A stretch of DNA of 64,000 nucleotides from Octopus sinensis (lineage: Eukaryota), in assembly GCF_006345805.1 (NCBI RefSeq), contig NC_043015.1:32984001-33048000 (forward strand), given 5' to 3'. This document shows positions 13,020 to 26,076 of this stretch, piece after piece; within the stretch, counting starts at the first letter, position 1, and each line of letters begins with the position of its first letter. A model generated the notes under the pieces. That model had not been told where the DNA came from. It made no database searches and saw only the letters and a program-made list of their open reading frames with translations. Both the position numbers and the translations under genes were made by a program.

Positions 13020-13600
13020 TATCACAGTATCGACCAGGCCATCAGATACTGTTACACACCGCTTGTCACAATGCGATTTCAACTTTGTCCTGATTACGCC
13101 ATTCTTTTCCACCTTGACCCAAATTGCTTAACCAAACTGCTTTCCTGTCGTCGTGAAGACCTTCCAAGTGGCCTTTCCCGATACCTTTGATATTAGTCAG
13201 CAACTGCACTAGACCACCTGTTGTCTGTGACTCTTGCGAAATGTCCGGCTCAGCAGAATTTGTGTTTTCAGTACTCTGTGATCACATTGTTCATTCCGCT
13301 CTGTTACCGAGTTATCTCATTTTGAACACACTTTCTAATGTCGTAGCCAATCGATGATCGATCCTTTTCGAAGTAGGTCACGTCTCACTTGCATAAAAAA
13401 AAGCGCAGGTAGGACGGTGCTATTGAAAAATCTGGCATACATATACCTTTCACACCGCACTGCCATGAATTCAGGACCCGCATGGATGTCGGTCAGTTTC
13501 TGCCCCGCACAAATCTTCTCGTCTTCTACTCTGGGTTTACACAGTTTCACAACAGTCGGGATTGCTTCTCGAAGCTTGGTCACTGTCCATCCAACTGGAC
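13020..13600 (-). mobile_element. RTE LINE 3' remnant including the 3' tail
   Basis: Minus-strand ...ARFFNSTVLPAL... motif and decayed post-RT region; the tail at 13022-13075 is homologous to 55141-55193. Confidence 0.65.
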
Positions 13601-13699
13601 AGTACCAGTTGAGTATTGGGTTCGATGTAATCGACTTACCCTTCCCTCTATTCTGCTCGCCTTGTGCCAAATTTTGAAACCATTATTAGTAGTATTGTT

Positions 13700-14116
13700 A
13701 AAGCAGGGAGCTGGCAGAATCGTTAGCACGCCAGGAAAATTACTTAGCGGCATTTCGTTCATTTTACATTTTGAGTTCAAACTCCGCTGAGCATGACTTT
13801 GTCTTTCATCTTTTCAGCCCTTCAGGATCGATGAAATAAATACGAGATGATAGGCCTGTCCCACAAAATCTCAAGTCTTGCGCCGATATTAAAAAGGATG
13901 ATTCGCACATGTGTTAAGGCGGAGAGCGGACAGAATCGTTAGTACGTCGGACACAATGCATAGCGACACTTCTTCCGGCTCTTTACGTCGTAAGTTCAAA
14001 TTACCCCAAGATCCACGTCGTCTTTCATCCTTTCGGGATCAATAAAATAAGTACCAGGTGAACATTGGGGTCGATGTAATCAACTAACTTTCTGTCTGTC
14101 TCTCTCTCTGTCTCTG

Positions 14117-14149
<33 letters not shown>

Positions 14150-14400
14150 TCTCTCTCTCTCTCTCTTTCTACAATTGCTGGCCTTCTGCCAAAATTTGAA
14201 CAATTGGTTCTACTAATATTGGTTTCGAATTTTGACACAATGCCAGCAGTTTTTAGGAAGGGCCCAAGTTGATTACATCGACCCAAGTACTCAACTGGTA
14301 CTTATTTCATAGACCCCAGAAGGATGAAAGACAAAGTCAACCTCGGTGGAATTTGAACGCAGAACGTAGAGAGGGACGAAATGCCGCCACGCATCATTAC
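13700..14400. mobile_element. Cluster of three SINE family 1 copies (two +, one -)
   Basis: ggcagaatcgttagcacgcc heads at ~13710 and ~13925; an inverted copy at 14170-14400. Confidence 0.7.
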
Positions 14401-14761
14401 CGCTTTGATTAGTTTTACTAATGTTCTTGTTTCTTTGCTGTTGTTGTTGTTGTATATTGGAATGTCGTTGCAGCTGACGTCATTGTTATTATTTCAGTTG
14501 TTTTCCTTGTTAGTATTGCTTTTGCTAGTGTTGTGACTGATGATGTTATTGTTGTTGTTGTAGTTGGTATTCTTTTAGTCGTTGTTACTGTTGTTGTTGT
14601 GTTGTTGTTGTTGTTGTTGTTGTTGCTTAGCTTTACTACCTGACCTTTCCTGCTGATCAGTTAAATACATCAATGTCATTGGCTACCAACGGTGGAGTGA
14701 TGGCGTGGGACAGTAAAGATAGCAACATATAGAAAGGTGATATTATTGCACGGATTTATTC

Positions 14762-14797
<36 letters not shown>

Positions 14798-14886
14798 GCT
14801 AGCTAGCTAGCTAGCTAGCTTCTTCTCTCTCTTTATATATATATGTATATATATATTTATATGTATATATATATATATATATAGTA

Positions 14887-14929
<43 letters not shown>

Positions 14930-15429
14930 ATCTATCTAAGCTATCTCTCTCTCTTTATATATATATTTATATGATATGTGTATATGTGTATATGCGTATG
15001 AATGTAAGTAGTATGTACGTATATGTGAGTATGTATATATGAATGTATGCACGTATTCATCTATATGTTCTTATGTAAGTAGTATGTATATGCGTGTATG
15101 TAAGCATATGCGTGTATGTAAGCATATGCGTGTATGTATGTATGTATTTCAATATGTGTGTATGTGTGTATGAACAAATATTGCACGTAAATGAATTTTG
15201 CACATGTTCAGTATCTGTTACGATTGTTTCGGTCGCCCCCCGTTTTTAACGCCATTTCACGTAAATGGTTTCAAGTGAAAAGTTTACGTAACATTTGCGG
15301 TTGATTGCATTAGAGTGACACTTCATCATATTTACATCATGTAAGTATATATTTGTGTGTGTATGTATATGTTTATGTGTATATATATATATATATATGT
15401 GAGTGTATAAATATGTATATATATTTCTT

Positions 15430-15900
15430 TTTGTCTTTTTACTTGTTTCAGTCATCTGACTGTGGCCATACTGGAGCAGCGCCTTTAGTCGAACAAATCG
15501 ACCCCGGGTCATATTCTTTGTAAGCTTAGTACTTATTCTATCGGTCTCTTTTTGCCGAACATCAGGCGATGTTTGGGAGGGGGGACAAACACAGGTACAA
15601 ACATATACACACACAGACATATATACATATATATATATGTTAATAAAATAGAACATATGCATATATATAAACATATATGTACGTACCTACCTCTACATGT
15701 ACATATACACGCATATATGTGTACATATATATATATATGCGACGGGCTTCTTTCGGTTTACGTCTACCAAAACCACTCACAGGGCTTTGGTCAGCCTGAG
15801 GCTATAGTAGAAGACAATTCCCCAATGTGCCACGCAGTGGGACTGAACCAGGAACCATGTGGTTGGTAAGCAAGCTACTTACCACGCAGCCACTCTTGCG
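15430..15900 (-). mobile_element. Near full-length SINE family 2
   Basis: tRNA-like head (gagtggctgcgtggtaagtagcttgcttaccaaccacatggttcctggttcagtcccac on -), body, internal microsatellite and 3' module (gctccagtatggccacagtcagatgactgaaacaagtaaaa). Confidence 0.8.
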
Positions 15901-15937
15901 CCTATATATATGTGTGTGTGTGTGTGTGTGTATGCGT

Positions 15938-15982
<45 letters not shown>

Positions 15983-17385
15983 CACATGTGTGTATGTACG
16001 TTTATATTTCTGAGTTTGGGTGTGCGTGCCTGCGCGTGTATGTGTGTGTGTGTGCGTGTGTGTGTATGCGTGTGTGCGGGTGCTACTAGGGGTAGAGGCG
16101 TGAAAATAAACTAGATGAAAAAGAGATATGGTAGCCGAAATCGCTTCACGCCTCCACCGCGTTGTACCCTTCTCCTGTCACCCCCCCCCCAACAGCTGCT
16201 CCGCCTCCCCTCCGCCTCATCCTTGTTAGACAAAGATTCTGACAATGATAGATGGAAGGATGGATGACTGATTAAGGCTACAAAGAGAAAGAGTGAGAGA
16301 GATAAGGGAGTAGAATGGAGACGTGGGAGAAGGAGATGATGATGAAATTGAGAGAGGGTTGAGGAGGAGGAAAGGAGGGAAGGAAGGGCTGACACGCTTC
16401 AGTGAATCCCGTCTGTCAGCAGCTTGTGTCAAGGTTCGGCGAGTTCAAGTGACTTAGTCCTGGTGTTGATTCCTTAATCTGACAAAAGAGCCATAACGAC
16501 AACGAACAGGCCCTGTACGTGGTCGTTCGATCTGGCATAAATAGCAGCTAAATCTCCTTCAAATCATACCCGTCTGTCGCCAAAGAATGAAGGACACGTT
16601 AACCAATGTTAAAATAAACATACGAAATGCCACTCAGCATTTTGTCCGGCGTGCCAACGATTCTAACCAGCTCGATACCTTAACAGACAGATTGGTTATG
16701 GCTGGAACGCTTTTGATCACGGGTTTATAGATACACTGAATTAGGGTAATCCGAAGCTAAACAACATCAACAACTACAACAATAAAAACGTTACGCAGGT
16801 CTACGAGATCATCCGACTGGCTAGAAACAGCCGCTCAAAACACGCTCAAATCGCATCCGACCAACACTTTAGTTAAGGTTTAGGAAATAAATGAGATGGT
16901 GATAGTTGGAATACCTTTAATCATAGGCTTGGTCAATCATGGTTGAACTGGGGATAAACGACAGCATTGATAGTGACAACGAAGATAACAGCAATTATTG
17001 TTTCTGAGTCACATAAAGAGCAAGAGTTTTCAGGTAAAGATTTGGTCGATGACATCGCGCCAGTACTTGAGTGCTACTTTATCTTAAGGTTATTGAGAAT
17101 AATCTACAAGACAACAACAGCAACAACAATAATCCTTTCTACTATAAGGAAGTTTGGGGGAGGGGGCTAGTCGATTACATCGACCCCAGTGCTCTAGTGG
17201 TACTTATTTCATCGACGTCAAAAGGATTAAAGACAAAGTCGGTCTCAGCGGAACTTAAGCATACACACATACACACATGCGAGTACGCACACACACACAT
17301 ACACACACACATACACACACACACACACACCACACACACACACACACACCACACACACACACATACAATCAAGCTTTATATACAT

Positions 17386-17505
17386 GTTTACGGCCATATC
17401 ACTTTGAAAACACCGGTTGTCGTCCGATCACCAAAGTTAAGCAAAGTCGAGTCTAGTTAGTACTTAGATGGGTGACCGCTTGGGAAACCTAGGTGCTGTA
17501 AACAT
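17386..17505 (+). rRNA. 5S rRNA: Full-length dispersed 5S rRNA copy (gene or retrocopy)
   Basis: gtttacggccatatcactttgaaaacaccggttgtcgtccgatcaccaaagttaagcaaagtcgagtctagttagtacttagatgggtgaccgcttgggaaacctaggtgctgtaaac. Helix I GTTTAC/GTAAAC, helix II ACTTTG/CAAAGT and helix V TCTAG/CTAGG all pair; box A and box C are recognisable. Confidence 0.9.
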
Positions 17506-17519
17506 CTTTCTATCCTATA

Positions 17520-17748
17520 TGTATGTGTGTGTATATGTTTGTGTATCTGTGATTGCCCCTCCAACATCGCTTGACAACCGATGCTGGTGTGTTTACATTC
17601 CCATAACTAAGCGGTTCGGCAAAAAGAGACCGAGAGAATAAGTACTAGGCTTACAAAGAATAAGTCCTGGGGTCGACTTGTTCGACTAAAGGTGGTGCTC
17701 CAGCATGGCCGCACTCAAATGACTGAAACGAAAGGATGAAAGAATATA
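17520..17748 (+). mobile_element. 3' module of SINE family 2 directly downstream of the 5S copy
   Basis: gcttgacaaccgatgctggtgtgtttac...agcggttcggcaaaaagagacc...gactaaaggtggtgctccagcatggccgc...gactgaaac. Confidence 0.8.
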
Positions 17749-18394
17749 TCGTCGTTCTGTGTCACATAAGTTCAACTTCAATATCAAATGGGATTTTAAC
17801 GGATTTCAAAGACAAACAACACAAATTAATAAATTAATATTTTTATTGCTCTGGTTACTGTTTTATGCTTAAATATTTGATCCCCAAATGACCCGTTTCA
17901 AAAGGGCAGTTAGCAAAAGATAGGCAAACAGAGGGGGTGAGGGAGAGGAATAAAGAAGAAGAAAACTTGACAGGCAAATATTTCGGTTGTCTCAGTTGAG
18001 GGTCGGGAACCAATTGAGCAAAGTTCAAATCGTTACCGCAGCGGCACATCGAAACTTCCGGCAAGTCTTGTGTATTCCATGCGCCAAATGTAAATATTAC
18101 CTCGAATTCATTTGGCTGCATGCGGTAGTTAGCATTTTGTCTGAGGCTAATTTCAAGCATCGCATCAATTAAATATTTTTCATTTAGTTTTTTTTTTTAA
18201 TAACAAACAATATGGATTATTAAAATTCAATTTTATTGTTTTTTTTCTGTTGATTTTGTTTGTTTTTGTTTTATTCTGTTTTAATTCAAAAAAATTTTCG
18301 ATCTCAAAGGACCATTCTCAAAAGTTTGCGGAACATTAACAAATAGAAAGAAAAGATAAAATGAAGGGAACAGACACTGCGACTGCTAACTCTA

Positions 18395-18695
18395 AGTGTG
18401 ACTTCTATTATAGCCCAGGGACGACCAAAGGATTTGGTAGACAGAAACTGAAAGCAGCCCATCGTATGTATGCGTGTGTGTATGTGTGTGTGTACGTGTG
18501 TGTCTTTTAGTTTGTCCCCCACAACCGCTTGACAACAGGTGTTGTTTACATCACCGTAACTTAGCGGTTCGGCCAAAGAGAGAGTAAGAATAAGTCAAAT
18601 AAGTGCTTTGGTAAGTCTGTTCGACTAAAGCCCTTCAAGACAGTACCCCAGCATGGTCGCAGTCCAATGACTGAAACAAGTAAAAGGTAAAAGAT
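18395..18695 (+). mobile_element. 5'-truncated SINE family 2
   Basis: cttctattatagccc...tggtagacagaaactgaaagcagccc followed by the 3' module. Confidence 0.7.
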
Positions 18696-18698
18696 GTG

Positions 18699-18752
<54 letters not shown>

Positions 18753-19213
18753 CAGACAGAGACAAAGGGAGAGAGAGAGAGAGATTGTTTTAGAGAAGCA
18801 GTGTTAACAATACAACATGACAGGCATTTAAAAGATTTTCCGTTATATTGAATTCCATTCCATTTCTTGACAGAAAAATATATAATCTCTACAATCTATA
18901 ATTTACTGTATACAATGTATATTGCATAAATATTTGGGAAAGAGGTTGGAGCATCGGATAGAATGCTTCGGGCGATTTGCTTTGATTCTTTGCACCCTCT
19001 CGCTGGTGCCAACTTTTCCTTTCAGTTTTCCACCTTGATAAATAAATAAAATACCAGTCAAATATTGGAATCATTCTTTCCCCCACCTACCCACTCTCTC
19101 TCTCGATTCTTCTTCTCTTCTTTCTCTTCTCTCTCTCTTTTCTTCTCTCTCTCTCCTCTCTTCTCTCTCTCTATCTCTCTTCTATCGCTCTCTCTCTCTC
19201 TCTATATCCGCTC

Positions 19214-19252
<39 letters not shown>

Positions 19253-19349
19253 TGGTTACGTTGCAATTTAAAACGAGTAATAGGAAGCCAATCACAGGTT
19301 CCCCTTTTTTTCCAAAATGCTGAATGTCTGAACGAGTCGCTAACAGCAT

Positions 19350-20830
19350 CATACCATATAAAGAATGATTGCTCTGTGTCTGATATTGGAGACATGTATC
19401 CCCGTAATTTGGGGATGCTGATTTCAAAAATGAAATCCATTTTGCTCTATCACGTCAAGATTTTTCACAAATTGAAATGTCCATTTTTCAACAATTATAG
19501 TATTGTCACCATTTCTAAGGATAGACTTGGCTTCATCAAATGCAATCCCATGTATGGAACTTGAGATAACTTTGTAAAACATATTTTTACAATATCATTT
19601 AAAGTAAAAGAAACTACAAAAGAGAAATCAAAAGTCATGATTTAAGTATCTTCAGTAAATAAAAAGCATCAACCTTGAGCAACTTCACTATTTTCAGTCT
19701 AAGCAGTTTTAAATGTCACGATGATGAGAGAAATGTTCTTTATAGAATAAGATGTTAAACAACACATTTCTGTAGCCCTTGACAATATATATGTCTTATA
19801 TTTGTGGAATGTGTCTACGAATATGCCTGCGCTGTGCTCGATTTAGTGTGACTATCATTGCAAACCAGGTGAGACGTGTTCTGTTGAACCTTTAACTATT
19901 TCTTGTGAAAACTGGTATTTTGAACGCGCCCTTAATATTTTGATTGTGAGGTCGCGTGGATCAAGGTCACTTTTTATCAAGCATTGTCAAAATACTGTTG
20001 AAAGAACTTCAAGTCATGTATGCTCGTTACAATCACGAATCTGCATGTGATTACTTTAGAATTGTTGACAATTATGAAGATGACTTTCCAAGGTGACAAT
20101 TAGTTTGAATATGTTTTGCATTTCAGAAATACGGCCAGTTGTGAGAGAAGAAAACAACCCCGATGTTTTCTGCTAGATTTTTGGATCTAGACAGCGAAAC
20201 AAAGATTACAGACTTCGTGAAGAAAGCTTACCTTTCTTATTTTGACATGAAGCTGGGTGATCAAGACAAATCCTGGCCGCTCTATAGTGTGCAAAATATG
20301 TGTTGAAACAATGAGAGAGTGGCTGTTTTGAATACTTGAGCAGAAAGTTTTCGGCTTTGTCTTATGAGAAAATTAATGTTGTTGAGTTTGATGGGCCACA
20401 GGTAAGGTGGCTGTAGCAGGACCAGCAATTTTCGGAGACAATGTCTGGTGTTGAAAGAGAAGCTTGGGATGCTTTTGCTGTAGTTGTGGAGTTGCTGAAT
20501 TTGTGCAGACCCTGTTAACCAGTTTTCGAGCAATGGGCTGCAACATGAATGTAAAAGTGCATTTCCTGCACGGTCATTTCGATTACTTCCCCCTCCCCCC
20601 TGAACATCATAGTGCAATAAGTGATGAACAAGGAAAAAAATTCCGCTAAGACATCGGAACCATGAAGATTAGGTATTAGGGTAGGTGCTGGTCTCTGCAA
20701 AGAGACTGTCGTGAAACGAGTTATCCACGCAAAACAACAGAGAGAAAGTTCACTCCTTGAGTAACTGAAACTCCAGTCTGACAGAAATATCAATCCTAAA
20801 AGGTGTAATTAAACATTTTGCCTAATATAT
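19350..20830 (+). mobile_element. Chapaev3-like (CMC superfamily) DNA transposon remnant with the core deleted
   Basis: Broken reading from 20131: ...NNPDVFC*IFG...TDFVKKAYLSYFDMKLGDQDKSW...CKICVETMREW, jumping to ...FDGPQVR...EREAWDAF...MGCNMNVKVHFLHGHFDYFP...SDEQGKKFR. These are Chapaev3 N- and C-terminal motifs. Termini not resolved. Confidence 0.75.
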
Positions 20831-21129
20831 TTATTAAACAACAAAAAGTACAATTTAGCTTGATTAGTTGGACTAAAACTCCTCAAGACGGTGCCCCAGC
20901 ATGGCCGTAGCCTAATGACTGAAACAAGTAAACGGTATCGAAAACCACGAAGAACTTTTCTTAGTGGGTCATTGCATGAACCGATCCTAGTTTTCCATGC
21001 AGGTAGACTATATATGCAGGTAGGCTATACGAAAGAATAGTATGTGGATTGTGTTGTTTAGCTTATGGCTATATCAGTATGTAAGATTTGTTGTCTCTCC
21101 ATTATGTTAAATAATAGGTTAAATAATAA

Positions 21130-21345
21130 TTAGTTCAAATTTTTGCCAGAAGGGCAGCTTGGGAGAGGTGGGGATGAGTCGATTATATCGACCCCAATTT
21201 TCAACTGGTGCCTTATTTTATCGACCCCGAAGGGATGAAAGGCAAAGTCGACCTCGGCGGAATTTGAACTCAGAACGTAGCGACGGACGAAATACCGCTA
21301 AACATTTCGTCCAGCGCGCTAACGATTCTCCCAGCTCGCTGCCTC
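21130..21345 (-). mobile_element. tRNA-derived SINE family 1
   Basis: Well-preserved copy (atcgaccccgaagggatgaaaggcaaagtcgacctcggcggaatttgaactcagaacg). Confidence 0.85.
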
Positions 21346-21477
21346 AATACGTTAAATAATAATAACTTTAATATGTTAAATAATAAAATAGAAATGGTAT
21401 TTGAATGTGAGGGCGATGTTGGTATTTGTGAAGACTACGTGAACGCTGGTGATGATGCGGGAAGATGATTTTGATGA

Positions 21478-21524
<47 letters not shown>

Positions 21525-21647
21525 GCTTCGATGACAATATGAGAGATGTAGAATGTGACAGAAATGGTGTCGGTAGTAGTTTGCGGTACATGTGTGCTTG
21601 TTCGTATACGTGAATGTTATGTGTGTTGTGTGTGTATATATGATATA

Positions 21648-21703
<56 letters not shown>

Positions 21704-21745
21704 TAATATATATATAGATATATATATATATAATATGATATATAT

Positions 21746-21776
<31 letters not shown>

Positions 21777-22019
21777 CATAGATGTGTGTGTGTGTGTGTG
21801 TGTATATGTTAGTGTGAGTGTATATGTCTGTGCGTGTGTGTGTGTGTGTGAGCCTGTCGGTGCCTGTGTAAGTGACATCATTACCTTTTGCGAGTTGATC
21901 TAGCTATGCTGGTTCCGGTAAAAATGTCACCTATACTTCGCAGGAGTCAGTTTTAGTTAAATGAATCTCTTTGTTAGAAAATACTTATCACTATTATCAT
22001 CATTACTATCACTGCATCA

Positions 22020-22033
22020 CTGTCACCACCACC

Positions 22034-22092
<59 letters not shown>

Positions 22093-22100
22093 TATTATTA

Positions 22101-22151
<51 letters not shown>

Positions 22152-22238
22152 CATTATTATGATTATTATTATCATTATTATTATTATTATTATCATTATT
22201 ATTATTATTTCTTATATTATATTATTATTATTATTATT

Positions 22239-22276
<38 letters not shown>

Positions 22277-22319
22277 TATTATTATTATTATTATTATATT
22301 ATTATCATTATTATTATTA

Positions 22320-22356
<37 letters not shown>

Positions 22357-22360
22357 CATT
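22020..22360. repeat. Compound (ACC)n-(ATC)n-(ATT)n trinucleotide microsatellite
   Basis: Directly visible. Confidence 0.95.
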
Positions 22361-22595
22361 TAGTTATCGTTGTTTTATTTCTTTGTTTCTATTCCTTACT
22401 TTCACTCTTAACGTGGTCGGTCATCCATCAATTTTCGGCTTACTTTTTCACGTTTCTCTCCGTCTCTCCTCTCCTTCTTCATCTTCATCTTTCTCAACCG
22501 CTCACCACCCCCTCCTTTTCCATTTGCTTCTTCTTCTTTCTCCAAAAGATATTCTTTCTAAGAAGAAATGCCTTGCTCTCTCTCTCTCTCTCTCT

Positions 22596-22626
<31 letters not shown>

Positions 22627-23102
22627 CTGTGTCCTGTGTCATTTCATTTCCTCTATGTCTATCCTGGCTTTCATTTTCATACTGAATCTGAAAAATTACA
22701 CGCTTGTTGTTGTTGATATTGTTGTTGTTGATGTTGTTGTTGTTGCTGCTGCTGCTTCTGGGGGTGGGGGTGGGGGTGGTAAGTGTGCTGCTGGTGGTGG
22801 TGCTGCTGCTGCAACCGTTGCCGGTGCTTGTAGTAGTGGCAAGTACCTCTTAAAGATGAAAACACGAAGCAAAATAAAATGGAAAAAAAAGTATGATGGG
22901 TACCTGTTTTAGAATGTGCACGTCTATGTGCTTGTGTGGGTATTATAGGTATTTGTCCCCGTTACACACACATGCCCCAGCATGGCCACAGCTCGTGAGC
23001 TGAAACTAGATAAAATGAAAAAAAAAATGAAATATATATATACTAAGATATATGTATGTACATGCACACACACACACATATATATATATACGTATGTATG
23101 TG

Positions 23103-23151
<49 letters not shown>

Positions 23152-23339
23152 ATTTATACATATTTGTATCTATATTCCAGGAGGTGATAAGTTCCAAGGT
23201 ATGTCCGGCCACTTAGATTGAAGAACTCGAAGAGAAGTCTGAGGGTGAATCAACATTTAATCCATAATCGTTAGTCCGACAAAATATATTTTCTCGGGCT
23301 AACGATTATGGATTAAATGTGTGTTGGTATGTATATATG

Positions 23340-23612
<273 letters not shown>

Positions 23613-24563
23613 GGATGGATAGATGTGTGTGCAATTACAGATATGTTTAGCAATCAATAACGCCTGTGTAGGATGTACGTTGCTTTCACTGATTGCTTTC
23701 GATGCCTGTGTTGTCGTGAGCAGTTGGAGACGCCTTGAACCAACACATCTAGCAAGAACGAGCGAGAAGGTATAAGAACTGCAACAAGTACTGGCACCAG
23801 AGCCGAAGAAACTCTGAGTTATCCCACACTCTAATGACTCTGCCAGTCTTATGTATGTATGTATGTATGTATGTATGTATGTATGTATGTATGTATGTAT
23901 GTATGTATGTGTGTATGTATGTATGTTCCTCTTTGTTTTTAATTATTTAAATTATTCCTTTGTTGAAGGAATTGGTTTCTGTAAGATACAAAGCTCCATC
24001 GTTGGAATGTAGACAGCGGAATAAGTGTCACATTTTAAACCTGAGAAAAGGCTTGCATATTTTTACTGTTCCGCTTACAGATTATGTTTGTAAGGTGCGA
24101 GTGTGCGAGTCAAGTGGTTGATTTCTTTTTTCTTTTCTTTTTTTTTTTTTTGAACATTTCGGTAATCAAAGAAACCGCAATTATTGCGGCCGATTTCTAC
24201 TGCAAAAACACAGACACACACCAAGGCACACATTTTAGACTTTGCTATCTTAAAAGAATTATACCAGTCAATATGGAAAGACGTATATGTTCAATAGTTA
24301 GGTTAAATATAACATATTATACCTTAATATTGTGTGGACGGAAATCCCAGTTGGCCGGCCCCTGCAATTAAATAAAGTGTTAACACGGTATGCAAATTAC
24401 TAGCCCCAGTTTCGTGGAACTACTGAAATTGATGAGACGGATTGACAGCTTATTTCTCTGGGATTGGTCAAATCGATACAGATGCCGCTGATTGAGAATC
24501 CCCATCAGTTTTCTTTTCAGTCTTCGGCGAATCGCTAAATAAGCCCTGTTTTATAATTCTACG

Positions 24564-24605
<42 letters not shown>

Positions 24606-24608
24606 TTA

Positions 24609-24652
<44 letters not shown>

Positions 24653-24885
24653 TATTATTTGAGTGAATAAAATCCAACTTACAAAGAAAGACTTAATTTA
24701 GAATATTAATCAAATTTCACACATATAATATATATATAAAAAATTAGAAAAAAAACACCTTTATCAATTCAACATTTTATTGTTATTTTAACTTTAATAT
24801 TTCTATTATATGTAATTTTTCTAGATGGTGTCATTTAATTGTTCATTTTGAATTGATAAAGGTGGTTTTTTTTCTAATTTTATAT

Positions 24886-24941
<56 letters not shown>

Positions 24942-24982
24942 ATAAGTAAATAAATGGAGTTGAACGCAGGTGTTTATTCAAA

Positions 24983-25080
24983 TCTTTTACTTTCGACATA
25001 TGTTTCGAAGACAACATTGGTTTTATTCCAAGGAATAACGGTGTAAAATAATGTAATCTTCTCATCAGGAAAGAAAGAGA
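24983..25080 (-). ncRNA. Type I hammerhead ribozyme, canonical core (HHR-1)
   Basis: Minus strand: stem I ctttc, CUGAUGA (25068-25062), stem II gaagattacatt...aatgttgtcttc (G-C closing pair), GAAAC-AUAU-GUC (25006-24995), gaaag. Stem III is palindromic (ACATATGT). Confidence 0.8.
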
Positions 25081-25263
25081 ACCTATCTCAACAACAACAC
25101 ATTATAACAATTTTGATGACTGCTTAAAGGATAAACAGAACGCCACATCCTTGTTACTTGCGTGAATTTTGCTACGCTGGTAATTGTTTATTGGATTTCC
25201 CATGTTAACTCTAAACAAAGGATAATTCATTCATCTATTTACACACACACACGCACACACACA

Positions 25264-25324
<61 letters not shown>

Positions 25325-25533
25325 TATTGAAGTAGATAAATGAATTATCTTATTACGGATAATTCAAATGATAACCGATACCTGGGTAGCAAAAATCACA
25401 ACAGAAAAGGCACGGTTGAGACTACAACCATGGGGCCTAAAATCCGTGCCTTAGTGCGGAAAATTGAAGTTTTATATATTTAGTGTAGGAAGAAATGGAG
25501 CTGAACGAAGATTTAACAAAATTCCTTTTTATT

Positions 25534-25619
25534 ATTTTCTACATATGTTTCAAAGGCTGCAAAGTCCTTAATTCGGATTGAATAAGGAGTTCATTTTGCA
25601 GCCTTCTCTTCAGGAAAAT
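25534..25619 (-). ncRNA. Type I hammerhead ribozyme (HHR-2)
   Basis: Minus strand: attttc, CUGAAGA (25613-25607), 12-bp stem II gaaggctgcaaa/tttgcagccttt, GAAAC-AUAU-GUA (25551-25540), gaaaat (6-bp stem I). Confidence 0.8.
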
Positions 25620-25713
25620 CCAGGAACTTAATTCTCCAACAAAATGCACAGCAAGCTTTTCGACAAAACGCTCACGAGGAGCCCTACCTATATATAATAT
25701 ATATATATAGTAT

Positions 25714-25751
<38 letters not shown>

Positions 25752-25759
25752 AAAACTGG

Positions 25760-26076
25760 CGTCGGTTACGACGACGAGGGTTCCAGTTCAGTTGATTCAC
25801 TCAACGTTCAGCATGCTCGTGAAATTAATGTGCATGTGGCTGAGCACTCCACAGACATGTGTACCCTTAAAGTAGTTCTCAGAGATTCAGCGTGATATAG
25901 AATGTGACAAGGCTGGCCCTTTGAAATACAGGTACTACTCATGACTGCCAGCTGAGGGGACTGGAGCAACGTGATGTAAAGTGACTTGGTCAAAGGCACA
26001 ACGCGTCGTCGGGAATTGAACTCACGGCCTTGTGATCGTGAACCGAATACCCTAACCACTAAACCACGCGCCTTCA
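25760..26076 (-). mobile_element. tRNA-derived SINE (head B + tail X)
   Basis: A box (tggtttagtgg) and B box (gagttcaattcc) on -; the tail is shared with 29356-29540. Confidence 0.75.

Noticed and set aside
21885-21930. Possible 46-nt minus-strand exon (DIFTGTSIARSTRK)
   Set aside because: The donor is plausible but the acceptor lacks a pyrimidine tract, and I found no partner exons on that strand.
26004-26076. tRNA gene candidates here and at 29670-29725, 63375-63432 and the family 1/2 SINE heads
   Set aside because: A and B boxes are present but there is no complete cloverleaf, and each continues into a SINE body.
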